Source: Auanema rhodensis
Taxonomy: Eukaryota > Animalia > Nematoda
Assembly: GCA_964057225.1 (NCBI GenBank)
Contig: OZ059894.1
Span: 9,672,001 to 9,736,000 of the forward strand
Reading direction: 5' to 3'
Length of the DNA: 64,000 nucleotides
Of the stretch, positions 34,101 to 46,100 are shown piece by piece (positions within the stretch are counted from its first letter, which is position 1; each line of letters opens with the position of its first letter). Both the position numbers and the translations under genes were made by a program. Under the pieces are notes generated by a model. The model saw only the letters and a program-made list of their open reading frames with translations, was not told where the DNA came from and searched no databases.

Positions 34101-37100
34101 TCAGCCTTCTGTTTCTTCTCGAGTTCAGCCTTCTTCTCAGCTTCAGCCTTCTGTTTCTTCTCGAGTTCAGCCTTCTTCTCAGCTTCAGCGTTCTGTTTCT
34201 TCTCGAGTTCAGCCTTCTTCTCAGCTTCAGCCTTCTTCTCAGCTTCGGCCTTCTTCTCAGCGTCAGCCTTCTGTTTCTTCTCGAGTTCAGCCTTCTTCTC
34301 AGCTTCAGCCTTCTGTTTCTTCTCGAGTTCAGCCTTCTTCTCAGCTTCAGCTTTCTTCTCAGCTTCAGTCTTCTGTTTCTTCTCGAGTTCAGCCTTCTTC
34401 TCAGCTTCAGCCTTCTTCTCAGCTTCAGTCTTCTGTTTCTTCTCGAGTTCAGCCTTCTTGTCAGCCTCAGCCTTCTTCTCAGCTTCAGCCTTCTGTTTCT
34501 TCTCGAGTTCAGCCTTCTTCTCAGCTTCAGCCTTCTTCTGAGCTTCAGCTTTCTTCTCAGCCTCAGCCTTCTTCTCAGCTTCAGCCTTCTTCTCAGCTTC
34601 GGCCTTCTTCTCAGCGTCAGCCTTCTGTTTCTTCTCGAGTTCAGCCTTCTTCTCAGCTTCAGCCTTCTGTTTCTTCTCGAGTTCAGCCTTCTTCTCAGCT
34701 TCAGCCTTCTTCTCAGCTTCAGTCTTCTGTTTCTTCTCGAGTTCAGCCTTCTTCTCAGCTTCAGCCTTCTTCTCAGCTTCAGTCTTCTGTTTCTTCTCGA
34801 GTTCAGCCTTCTTGTCAGCCTCAGCCTTCTTCTCAGCTTCAGCCTTCTGTTTCTTCTCGAGTTCAGCCTTCTTCTCAGCTTCAGCCTTCTGTTTCTTCTC
34901 GAGTTCAGCCTTCTTCTCAGCTTCGGCCTTCTTCTCAGCTTCAGCCTTCTGTTTCTTCTCGAGTTCAGCCTTCTTCTCAGCTTCAGCTTTCTTCTCAGCT
35001 TCAGTCTTCTGTTTCTTCTCGAGTTCAGCCTTCTTCTCAGCTTCAGCCTTCTGTTTCTTCTCAGCCTCAGCCTTCTTCTCAGCTTCAGCGTTCTGTTTCT
35101 TCTCGAGTTCAGCCTTCTTCTCAGCTTCAGCCTTCTTCTGAGCTTCAGCCTTCTTCTCAGCCTCAGCCTTCTTCTCAGCTTCAGCCTTCTTCTCAGCTTC
35201 GGCCTTCTTCTCAGCGTCAGCCTTCTGTTTCTTCTCGAGTTCAGCCTTCTTCTCAGCTTCAGCCTTCTTCTCAGCTTCAGTCTTCTGTTTCTTCTCGAGT
35301 TCAGCCTTCTTGTCAGCCTCAGCCTTCTTCTCAGCTTCAGCCTTCTGTTTCTTCTCGAGTTCAGCCTTCTTCTCAGCTTCAGCCTTCTGTTTCTTCTCGA
35401 GTTCAGCCTTCTTCTCAGCTTCGGCCTTCTTCTCAGCTTCTGCCTTCTGTTTCTTCTCAGCTTCAGCCTTCTGTTTCTTCTCGAGTTCAGCCTTCTTCTC
35501 AGCTTCAGCCTTCTTCTCAGCTTCAGTCTTCTGTTTCTTCTCGAGTTCAGCCTTCTTGTCAGCCTCAGCCTTCTGTTTCTTCTCGAGTTCAGCCTTCTTC
35601 TCAGCTTCGGCCTTCTTGTCAGCTTCAGCCTTCTGTTTCTTCACGAGTTCAGCCTTCTTCTCAGCTTCAGCTTTCTTCTCAGCTTCAGTCTTCTGTTTCT
35701 TCTCGAGTTCAGCCTTTTTCTCAGCTTCGGCCTTCTTCTCAGCGTCAGCCTTCTTCTCAGCTTCAGCCTTCTGTTTCTTCTCGAGTTCAGCCTTCTTGTC
35801 AGCTTCAGCCTTCTTCTCAGCTTCAGCCCTCTGTTTCTTCTCGAGTTCAGCCTTCTTCTCAGCTTCCGCCTTCTTCTCAGCTTCAGTCTTCTGTTTCTTC
35901 TCGAGTTCAGCCTTTTTCTCAGCTTCGGCCTTCTTCTCCGCGTCAGCCTTCTTCTCAGCTTCAGCCTTCTGTTTCTTCTCGAGTTCAGCCTTCTTGTCAG
36001 CCTCAGCCTTCTTCTCAGCTTCAGCCTTCTTCTCAGCTTCAGCCTTCTTCTGAGCTTCAGCCTTCTTCTCAGCCTCAGCCTTCTTCTCAGCTTCAGTCTT
36101 CTTCTCAGCTTCGGCCTTCTTCTCAGCGTCAGCCTTCTGTTTCTTCTCGAGTTCAGCCTTCTTCTCAGCTTCAGCCTTCTTCTGAGCTTCAGCCTTCTTC
36201 TCAGCCTCAGCCTTCTTCTCAGCTTCAGCCTTCTTCTCAGCTTCGGCCTTCTTCTCAGCGTCAGCCTTCTGTTTCTTCTCGAGTTCAGCCTTCTTCTCAG
36301 CTTCAGCCTTCTTCTCAGCTTCAGTCTTCTGTTTCTTCTCGAGTTCAGCCTTCTTGTCAGCCTCAGCCTTCTTCTCAGCTTCAGCCTTCTGTTTCTTCTC
36401 GAGTTCAGCCTTCTTCTCAGCTTCAGCCTTCTGTTTCTTCTCGAGTTCAGCCTTCTTCTCAGCTTCGGCCTTCTTCTCAGCTTCTGCCTTCTGTTTCTTC
36501 TCAGCTTCAGCCTTCTGTTTCTTCTCGAGTTCAGCCTTCTTCTCAGCTTCAGCCTTCTTCTCAGCTTCAGTCTTCTGTTTCTTCTCGAGTTCAGCCTTCT
36601 TGTCAGCCTCAGCCTTCTGTTTCTTCTCGAGTTCAGCCTTCTTCTCAGCTTCGGCCTTCTTGTCAGCTTCAGCCTTCTGTTTCTTCACGAGTTCAGCCTT
36701 CTTCTCAGCTTCAGCTTTCTTCTCAGCTTCAGTCTTCTGTTTCTTCTCGAGTTCAGCCTTTTTCTCAGCTTCGGCCTTCTTCTCAGCGTCAGCCTTCTTC
36801 TCAGCTTCAGCCTTCTGTTTCTTCTCGAGTTCAGCCTTCTTGTCAGCTTCAGCCTTCTTCTCAGCTTCAGCCCTCTGTTTCTTCTCGAGTTCAGCCTTCT
36901 TCTCAGCTTCCGCCTTCTTCTCAGCTTCAGTCTTCTGTTTCTTCTCGAGTTCAGCCTTTTTCTCAGCTTCGGCCTTCTTCTCCGCGTCAGCCTTCTTCTC
37001 AGCTTCAGCCTTCTGTTTCTTCTCGAGTTCAGCCTTCTTGTCAGCCTCAGCCTTCTTCTCAGCTTCAGCCTTCTTCTCAGCTTCAGCCTTCTTCTGAGCT

Positions 37101-40100
37101 TCAGCCTTCTTCTCAGCCTCAGCCTTCTTCTCAGCTTCAGTCTTCTTCTCAGCTTCGGCCTTCTTCTCAGCGTCAGCCTTCTGTTTCTTCTCGAGTTCAG
37201 CCTTCTTCTCAGCTTCAGCCTTCTGTTTCTTCTCGAGTTCAGCCTTCTTCTCAGCTTCAGCCTTCTTCTCAGCTTCAGTCTTCTGTTTCTTCTCGAGTTC
37301 AGCCTTCTTGTCAGCCTCAGCCTTCTGTTTCTTCTCGAGTTCAGCCTTCTTCTCAGCTTCGGCCTTCTTCTCAGCTTCAGCCTTCTGTTTCTTCTCGAGT
37401 TCAGCTTTCTTCTCAGCTTCAGTCTTCTGTTTCTTCTCGAGTTCAGCCTTTTTCTCAGCTTCGGCCTTCTTCTCAGCGTCAGCCTTCTTCTCAGCTTCAG
37501 CCTTCTGTTTCTTCTCGAGTTCAGCCTTCTTCTCAGCTTCCGCCTTCTTCTCAGCTTCAGTCTTCTGTTTCTTCTCGAGTTCAGCCTTTTTCTCAGCTTC
37601 GGCCTTCTTCTCCGCGTCAGCCTTCTTCTCAGCTTCAGCCTTCTGTTTCTTCTCGAGTTCAGCCTTCTTCTCAGCCTCAGCCTTCTTCTCAGCTTCAGCC
37701 TTCTGTTTCTTCTCGAGTTCAGCCTTCTTCTCAGCTTCGGCCTTCTTCTCAGCGTCAGCCTTCTTCTCAGCTTCAGCCTTCTGTTTCTTCTCGACTTCAG
37801 CCTTCTTCTCAGCCTCAGCCTTCTTCTCAGCTTCAGCCTTCTGTTTCTTCTCGAGTTCAGCCTTCTTCTCAGCTTCGGCCTTCTTCTCAGCTTCAGCCTT
37901 CTGTTTCTTCTCGAGTTCAGCCTTCTTGTCAGCCTCAGCCTTCTTCTCAGCTTCAGCCTTCTGTTTCTTCTCGAGTTCAGCCTTCTTCTCAGCTTCAGCC
38001 TTCTGTTTCTTCTCGAGTTCAGCCTTCTTCTCAGCTTCGGCCTTCTTCTCCGCTTCAGCCTTCTGTTTCTTCTCGAGTTCAGCCTTCTTCTCAGCCTCAG
38101 CCTTCTTCTCAGCTTCAGCCTTCTGTTTCTTCTCGAGTTCAGCCTTCTTCTCAGCTTCGGCCTTCTTCTCAGCTTCAGCCTTCTTCTCAGCTTCAGCCTT
38201 CTGTTTCTTTTCGAGTTCAGCCTTCTTCTCAGCTTCGGCCTTCTTCTCAGCTTCAGTCTTCTGTTTCTTCTCGAGTTCAGCCTTTTTCTCAGCTTCAGCC
38301 TTCTTCTCAGCTTCAGTCTTCTGTTTCTTCTCGAGTTCAGCCTTCTTCTCAGCTTCGGCCTTCTTCTCAGCTTCAGCCTTCTTCTCAGCTTCAGCCTTCT
38401 GTTTCTTCTCGAGTTCAGCCTTCTTCTCAGCTTCGGCCTTCTTCTCCGCTTCAGCCTTCTGTTTCTTCTCGAGTTCAGCCTTCTTCTCAGCCTCAGCCTT
38501 CTTCTCAGCTTCAGCCTTCTGTTTCTTCTCGAGTTCAGCCTTCTTCTCAGCTTCGGCCTTCTGTTTCTTTTCGAGTTCAGCCTTCTTCTCAGCTTCAGCC
38601 TTCTTCTCAGCCTCAGCCTTCTTCTCAGCTTCAGCCTTCTGTTTCTTCTCGAGTTCAGCCTTCTTCTCAGCTTCGGCCTTCTTCTCAGCTTCAGCCTTCT
38701 TCTCAGCTTCAGCCTTCTGTTTCTTTTCGAGTTCAGCCTTCTTCTCAGCTTCGGCCTTCTTCTCAGCTTCAGTCTTCTGTTTCTTCTCGAGTTCAGCCTT
38801 TTTCTCAGCTTCAGCCTTCTTCTCAGCTTCAGTCTTCTGTTTCTTCTCGAGTTCAGCCTTCTTCTCAGCTTCGGCCTTCTTCTCAGCTTCAGCCTTCTTC
38901 TCAGCTTCAGCCTTCTGTTTCTTCTCGAGTTCAGCCTTCTTCTCAGCTTCGGCCTTCTTCTCCGCTTCAGCCTTCTGTTTCTTCTCGAGTTCAGCCTTCT
39001 TCTCAGCCTCAGCCTTCTTCTCAGCTTCAGCCTTCTGTTTCTTCTCGAGTTCAGCCTTCTTCTCAGCTTCGGCCTTCTTCTCAGCTTCAGCCTTCTTCTC
39101 AGCTTCAGCCTTCTGTTTCTTCTCGAGTTCAGCCTTCTTCTCAGCTTCGGCCTTCTTCTCAGCTTCAGTCTTCTGTTTCTTCTCGAGTTCAGCCTTTTTC
39201 TCAGCTTCGGCCTTCTTCTCAGCGTCAGCCTTCTTCTCAGCTTCAGCCTTCTGTTTCTTCTCGAGTTCAGCCTTCTTGTCAGCCTCAGCCTTCTTCTCAG
39301 CTTCAGCCTTCTGTTTCTTCTCGAGTTCAGCCTTCTTCTCAGCTTCAGCCTTCTGTTTCTTTTCGAGTTCAGCCTTCTTCTCAGCCTCAGCCTTCTTCTC
39401 AGCTTCAGCCTTCTGTTTCTTCTCGAGTTCAGCCTTCTTCTCAGCTTCAGCCTTCTGTTTCTTCTCGAGTTCAGCCTTCTTCTCAGCTTCGGCCTTCTTC
39501 TCCTCTTCAGCCTTCTGTTTCTTCTCGATTTCAGCCTTCTTCTCAGCCTCAGCCTTCTTCTCAGCTTCAGCCTTCTGTTTATTCTCGAGTCCAGCCTTCT
39601 TCTCAGCTTCAGCCTTCTGTTTCTTCTCGAGTTCAGCCTTCTTCTCAGCTTCGGCCTTCTTCCCCGCTTCAGCCTTCTGTTTCTTCTCGAGTTCAGCCTT
39701 CTTCTCAGCCTCAGCCTTCTTCTCAGCTTCAGCCTTCTGTTTCTTCTCGAGTTCAGCCTTCTTCTCAGCTTCGGCCTTCTTCTCAGCTTCAGCCTTCTTC
39801 TCAGCTTCAGCCTTCTGTTTCTTCTCGACTTCAGCCTTCTTGTCAGCCTCCGCCTTCTTCTCAGCTTCAGCCTTCTGTTTCTTCTCGAGTTCAGCCTTCT
39901 TCTCAGCTTCAGCCTTCTGTTTCTTCTCGAGTTCAGCCTTCTTCTCAGCTTCGGCCTTCTTCTCAGCTTCAGTCTTCTGTTTCTTCTCGAGTTCAGCCTT
40001 TTTCTCAGCTTCGGCCTTCTTCTCAGCGTCAGCCTTCTTCTCAGCTTCAGCCTTCTGTTTCTTCTCGAGTTCAGCCTTCTTGTCAGCCTCAGCCTTTTTC

Positions 40101-43100
40101 TCAGCTTCAGCCTTCTGTTTCTTCTCGAGTTCAGCCTTCTTCTCAGCTTCAGCCTTCTGTTTCTTCTCGAGTTCAGCCTTCTTCTCAGCTTCGGCCTTCT
40201 TCTCAGCTTCAGCCTTCTGTTTCTTCTCGAGTTCAGCCTTCTTCTCATCTTCAGCCTTTTTCTCAGCTTCAGTCTTCTGTTTCTTCTCGAGTTCAGCCTT
40301 CTTCTCAGCTTCAGTCTTCTGTTTCTTCTCGAGTTCAGCCTTCTTCTCAGCTTCGGCCTTCTTCTCAGCGTCAGCCTTCTTCTCAGCTTCAGCCTTCTGT
40401 TTCTTCTCGACTTCAGCCTTCTTCTCAGCCTCAGCCTTCTTCTCAGCTTCAGCCTTCTGTTTCTTCTCGAGTTCAGCCTTCTTCTCAGCTTCGGCCTTCT
40501 TCTCAGCTTCAGCCTTCTGTTTCTTCTCGAGTTCAGCCTTCTTGTCAGCCTCAGCCTTCTTCTCAGCTTCAGCCTTCTGTTTCTTCTCGAGTTCAGCCTT
40601 CTTCTCAGATTCAGCCTTCTGTTTCTTCTCGAGTTCAGCCTTCTTCTCAGCTTCGGCCTTCTTCTCCGCTTCAGCCTTCTGTTTCTTCTCGAGTTCAGCC
40701 TTCTTCTCAGCCTCAGCCTTCTTCTCAGCTTCAGCCTTCTGTTTCTTCTCGAGTTCAGCCTTCTTCTCAGCTTCGGCCTTCTTCTCAGCTTCAGCCTTCT
40801 TCTCAGCTTCAGCCTTCTGTTTCTTCTCGAGTTCAGCCTTCTTCTTAGCTTCGGCCTTCTTCTCAGCTTCAGTCTTCTGTTTCTTCTCGAGTTTAGCCTT
40901 TTTCTCAGCTTCGGCCTTCTTCTCAGCGTCAGCCTTCTTTTCAGCTTCAGCCTTCTGTTTCTTCTCGAGTTCAGCCTTCTTCTCAGCTTCAGCCTTCTGT
41001 TTCTTCTCGAGTTCAGCCTTCTTCTCAGCCTCAGCCTTCTTCTCAGCTTCAGCCTTCTGTTTCTTCTCGAGTTCAGCCTTCTTCTCAGCTTCAGCCTTCT
41101 GTTTCTTCTCGAGTTCAGCCTTCTTCTCAGCTTCGGTTTTCTTCTCCGCTTCAGCCTTCTGTTTCTTCTCGAGTTCAGCCTTCTTCTCAGCCTCAGCCTT
41201 CTTCTCAGCTTCAGCCTTCTGTTTCTTCTCGAGTTCAGCCTTCTTCTCAGCTTCAGCCTTCTGTTTCTTCTCGAGTTCAGCCTTCTTCTCAGCTTCGGCC
41301 TTCTTCTCAGCTTCAGCCTTCTGTTTCTTCTCGAGTTCAGCCTTCTTCTCATCTTCAGCCTTCTTCTCAGCTTCAGTCTTCTGTTTCTTCTCGACTTCAG
41401 CCTTCTTCTCAGCCTCAGCCTTCTTCTCAGCTTCAGTCTTCTGTTTCTTCTCGACTTCAGCCTTCTTCTCAGCCTCAGCCTTCTTCTCAGCTTCAGCCTT
41501 CTGTTTCTTCTCGAGTTCAGCCTTCTTCTCAGCTTCGGCCTTCTTCTCAGCGTCAGCCTTCTGTTTCTTCTCGAGTTCAGCCTTCTTCTCAGCTTCGGCC
41601 TTCTTCTCAGCGTCAGCCTTCTTCTCAGCTTCGGCCTTCTTCTCAGCCTCAGCCTTCTTCTCAGCTTCAGCCTTCTTATCAGATTCAGCCTTCTGTTTCT
41701 TCTCGAGTTCAGCCTTCTTCTCAGCCTCAGCCTTCTTCTCAGCTTCAGTCTTCTGTTTCTTCTCGACTTCAGCCTTCTTCTCAGCCTCAGCCTTCTTCTC
41801 AGCTTCAGCCTTCTGTGATTTTTCGAGTTCAGCCTTCGTATCAGCTTCCGCCTTCTGTTTCTTTTCGAGTTCAGCCTTCGTATTAGCTTCCGCCTTCTTG
41901 TCAGCTTCAGCTTTCTGTAATTTCTCGAGTTCCGCCTTCTTCTCAGATTCAGCCTTCTTCTCAGCTTCAGCCTTTTCCTCAGATTTAGCCTTCTTTTCAG
42001 TCTCAGCCTTCTTCTCAGCTTCAGCCTTTTTCTCAGCTTCAGCCTTCTGTGATTTTTCGAGTTCAGCCTTCGTATCAGCTTCCGCCTTCTGTTTCTTTTC
42101 GAGTTCAGCCTTCGTATTAGCTTCCGCCTTCTTGTCAGCTTCAGCTTTCTGTAATTTCTCGAGTTCAGATTCTTTAGGAAAGGTGTTCAACGAAACTGAA
42201 TCGAACATGTCTAAGAACAAATCGATTTCCAATCCAGAAATCTCTTCTTCTCGAACTAAAGAGATGTTCGCATTTTGCTCATTCATTTTAACAGTGAATT
42301 CAACCAAATCTATTGTATCTAAGTACAAGTCGATTTCTAGACCAAAACTTTCCTCCGTTTTATTAAATACCGCTTTAACAGTTTGAGCTTCGTCAGTTTT
42401 CTGTGCAGGAATCTCCTCTTGCTTCTCAGCTACCAGAGGTTGAGGTTCCTTTGATGGTTCAGCAGAATCCTTCGGTTCAGCTTCGTCAGTTTTCTGTGCA
42501 GGAATCTCCTCTTGCTTCTCAGCTACCAGAGGTTGAGGTTCCTTTGATGGTTCAGCAGAATCCTTCGGTTCAGCTTCGTCAGTTTTCTGTGCAGGAATCT
42601 TCTCTTGCTTCTCAGCTACCAGAGGTTGAGGTTCCTTTGATGGTTCAGCAGAATCCTTCGGTTCAGCTTCGTCAGTTTTCTGTGCAGGAATCTCCTCTTG
42701 CTTCTCAGCTACCAGAAGTTGAGGTTCCTTTGATGGTTCAGCAGAATCCTTCGGTTCAGCTTCGTCAGTTTTCTGTGCAGGAATCTTCTCTTGCTTCTCA
42801 GCTACCAGAGGTTGAGGTTCCTTTGATGGTTCAGCAGAATCCTTCGGTTCAGCTTCGTCAGTTTTCTGTGCAGGAATCTCCTCTTGCTTCTCAGCTACCA
42901 GAGGTTGAGGTTCCTTTGATGGTTCAGCAGAATCCTTCGGTTCAGCTTCGTCAGTTTTCTGTGCAGGAATCTCCTCTTGCTTCTCAGCTACCAGAGGTTG
43001 AGGTTCCTTTGATGGTTCAGCAGAATCCTTCGGTTCAGCTTCGTCAGTTTTCTGTGCAGGAATCTTCTCTTGCTTCTCAGCTACCAGAGGTTGAGGTTCC

Positions 43101-46100
43101 TTTGATGGTTCAGCAGAATCCTTCGGTTCAGCTTCGTCAGTTTTCTGTGCAGGAATCTCCTCTTGCTTCTCAGCTACCAGAAGTTGAGGTTCCTTTGATG
43201 GTTCAGCAGATTCCTTTGGTTCAGCTTCGTCAGTTTTCTGTGCAGGAAACTCCTCTTGCTTCTCAGCTACCAGAAGTTGAGGTTCCTTTGATGGTTCAGC
43301 AGATTCCGTTGGTTGAGCTTCTTCAAGCTTCTGTGCAGGAATCTCCTTTGGCTTTTCAGTTGCCTCAGGTTGAGGTTCCTTTGTTGGTTCAGCAGATTCC
43401 TTTGGTTCAGCTTCGTCAGTTTTCTGTGCAGGAATCTCCTCTTGCTTCTCAGCTACCAGAAGTTGAGGTTCCTTTGATGGTTCAGCAGATTCCTTTGGTT
43501 CAGCTTCGTCAGTTTTCTGTGCAGGAATCTCCTCTTGATTCTCAGCTACCAGAAGTTGAGGTTCCTTTGATGGTTCAGCAGATTCCGTTGGTTGAGCTTC
43601 TTCAAGCTTCTGTGCAGGAATCTCCTTTGGCTTTTCAGTTGCCTCAGGTTGAGGTTCCTTTGATGATTCGGAAGAATCCTTAAGTTGAGCTTCTTCAATC
43701 TTCTGTGCAGGAGTCTCCGCTGGCTTTTCAGCTACCAGAGGATGAGGTTCCTTTGATTGTTCAGCAGATTCCTTTGGTTGAGCTTCTTCAATCTTCTGTG
43801 CAGGAATCTCCTCTTGCTTCTCAGATGACTGAGGTTGAGGTTCCTTTGATGGTTCAGCAGATTGCTTTGGTTGAGCTTCTTCAATCTTCTGTGCAGGAAT
43901 CTCATCTGGCTTCTCAGCTACCAAAGGTTGAGGTTCCTTTGATTGTTCAGCAGATTCCTTTGGTTGAGCTTCTTCAATCTTCTGTGCAGGAGTCTCCGCT
44001 GGCTTTTCAGCTACCAGAGGTTGAGGTTCCTTTGATTGTTCAGCAGATTCCTTTGGTTGAGCTTCTTCAATCTTCTGAACAGGAATCTCATCTGGCTTCT
44101 CAGTTACCTGAGGTTGAGGTTCCTTTGATTGTTCAGCAGATTCCTTTGGTTGAGCTTCTTCAATCTTCTGTGCAGGAGTCTCCGCTGGCTTTTCAGCTAC
44201 CAGAGGTTGAGGTTCCTTTGATTGTTCAGCAGATTCCTTTGGTTGAGCTTCTTCAATCTTCTGAACAGGAATCTCATCTGGCTTTTCAGTTGCCTGAGGT
44301 TGAGGTTCCTTTGATTGTTCAGCAGATTCTTTTGGTTGAGCTTCTTCAATCTTCTGTGCAGGAATCTCCTCTGGCTTTTCAGTTGCCTGAGGTTGAGGTT
44401 CCTTTGATGGTTCAGCAGATTGCTTTGGTTGAGCTTCTTCAATCTTCTGTGCAGGAATCTCCTCTGGCTTTTCAGTTGCCTGAGGTTGAGGTTCCTTTGA
44501 TGGTTCAGCAGATTGCTTTGTTTGAGCTTCGTCAATCTTCTGTGCAGGAATCTCCTCTGGCTTTTCAGTTGCCTGAGGTTGAGGTTCCTTTGATGGTTCA
44601 GCAGATTCCTTTGGTTGAGCTTCTTCAATCTTCTGTGCAGGAATCTCCGCTGGCTTTTCAGCTACCAGAGGTTGAGGTTCCTTTGATGGTTCAGCAGATT
44701 CTTTTGCTTGAGCTTCTTCAATCTTCTGTGCAGGAATCTCATCTGGCTTCTCAGCTACCTGAAGTTGAGGTTCCTTTGATGGTTCAGCAGATTCCTTTGG
44801 TTCAGCTTCGTCAGTTTTCTGTGCAGGAATCTCCTCTTGCTTCTCAGCTAGCAGAAGTTGAGGTTCCTTTGATGGTTCAGCAGATTCCGTTGGTTGAGCT
44901 TCTTCAAGCTTCTGTGCAGGAATCTCCTTTGGCATTTCAGTTGCCTCAGGTTGAGGTTCCTTTGATGATTCGGAAGAATCCTTAAGTTGAGCTTCTTCAA
45001 TCTTCTGTGCAGGAATCTCCTCTTGCTTCTCAGCTACCTCAGGTTGAGGTTCCTTCGATGGTTCAGCAGATTGCTTTGGTTGAGCTTCGTCAATCTTCTG
45101 TGCAGGAGTCTCCGCTGGCTTTTCAGATGCTTGAGGTTGAGGTTCCTTTGATTGTTCAGCAGATTCCTTTGGTTGAGCTTCTTCAATCTTCTGTGCAGTA
45201 GTCTCCGCTGGCTTTTCAGGTAACAGAGGTTGAGGTTCCTTTGATTGTTCAGCAGATTCCTTTGGTTGAGCTTCTTCAATCTTCTGTGCAGGAATCTCCT
45301 CTGGCTTTTCAGTTGCCTGAGGTTGAGGTTCCTTTGATGGTTCAGCAGATTCCTTTGGTTGAGCTTCTTCAATCTTCTGTGCAGGAATCTCCTCTTGCTT
45401 CTCAGCTACCTCAGGTTGAGGTTCCTTCGATGGTTCAGCAGATTCCTTTGGTTGAGCTTCTTCAATCTTCTGAACAGGAATCTCATCTGGCTTCTCAGTT
45501 ACCTGAGGTTGAGGTTCCTTTGATTGTTCAGCAGATTCCTTTGGTTGAGCTTCTTCAATCTTCTGTGCAGTAGTCTCCGCTGGCTTTTCAGGTACCAGAG
45601 GTTGAGGTTCCTTTGATTGTTCAGCAGATTCCTTTGGTTGAGCTTCTTCAATCTTCTGTGCAGGAATCTCCTCTGGCTTTTCAGTTGCCTGAGGTTGAGG
45701 TTCCTTTGATGGTTCAGCAGGTTCCTTTGGTTGAGCTTCTTCAATCTTCTGTGCAGGAGTCTCCGCTAACTTTTCAGCTACCAGAGGTTGAGGTTCCTTT
45801 GATTGTTCAGCAGATTCCTTTGGTTGAGCTTCTTCAATCTTCTGTGCAGGAGTCTCCGCTAACTTTTCAGCTACCAGAGGTTGAGGTTCCTTTGATGGTT
45901 CAGCAGATTCCTTTGGTTGAGCTTCTTCAATCTTCTGTGCAGGAGTCTCCGCTAACTTTTCAGCTACCAGAGGTTGAGGTTCCTTTGATTGTTCAGCAGA
46001 TTCCTTTGGTTGAGCTTCTTCAATCTTCTGTGCAGGAATCTCCTCTGGCTTTTCAGCTACCAGAGGTTGAGGTTCCTTTGATTGTTCAGCAGATTTTTTT

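Noticed and set aside
7185-41352. Minus-strand R/L/K-rich ORFs (e.g. 25501..32988, 36685..41352, 19840..21825, 7185..9425)
   Set aside because: Shifted frames of the same repeat. They are interrupted by sporadic stops and do not connect to Ig/Fn3 exons, while the AEKK frame never breaks.
7264-42166. Similarity of AEAEKKA repeats to bacterial TolA or protozoan surface antigens (possible horizontal transfer or contamination)
   Set aside because: Low-complexity convergence. The arrays are in frame with Ig/Fn3 domains in spliced nematode-type exons.
23802-42386. Huge plus-strand ORFs (3579, 5255, 1692 aa; poly-SAF and poly-LSF)
   Set aside because: Antisense shadows of the AEKK repeat, whose limited codon set cannot make stops on the other strand. 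They begin and end with the array and encode implausible compositions.
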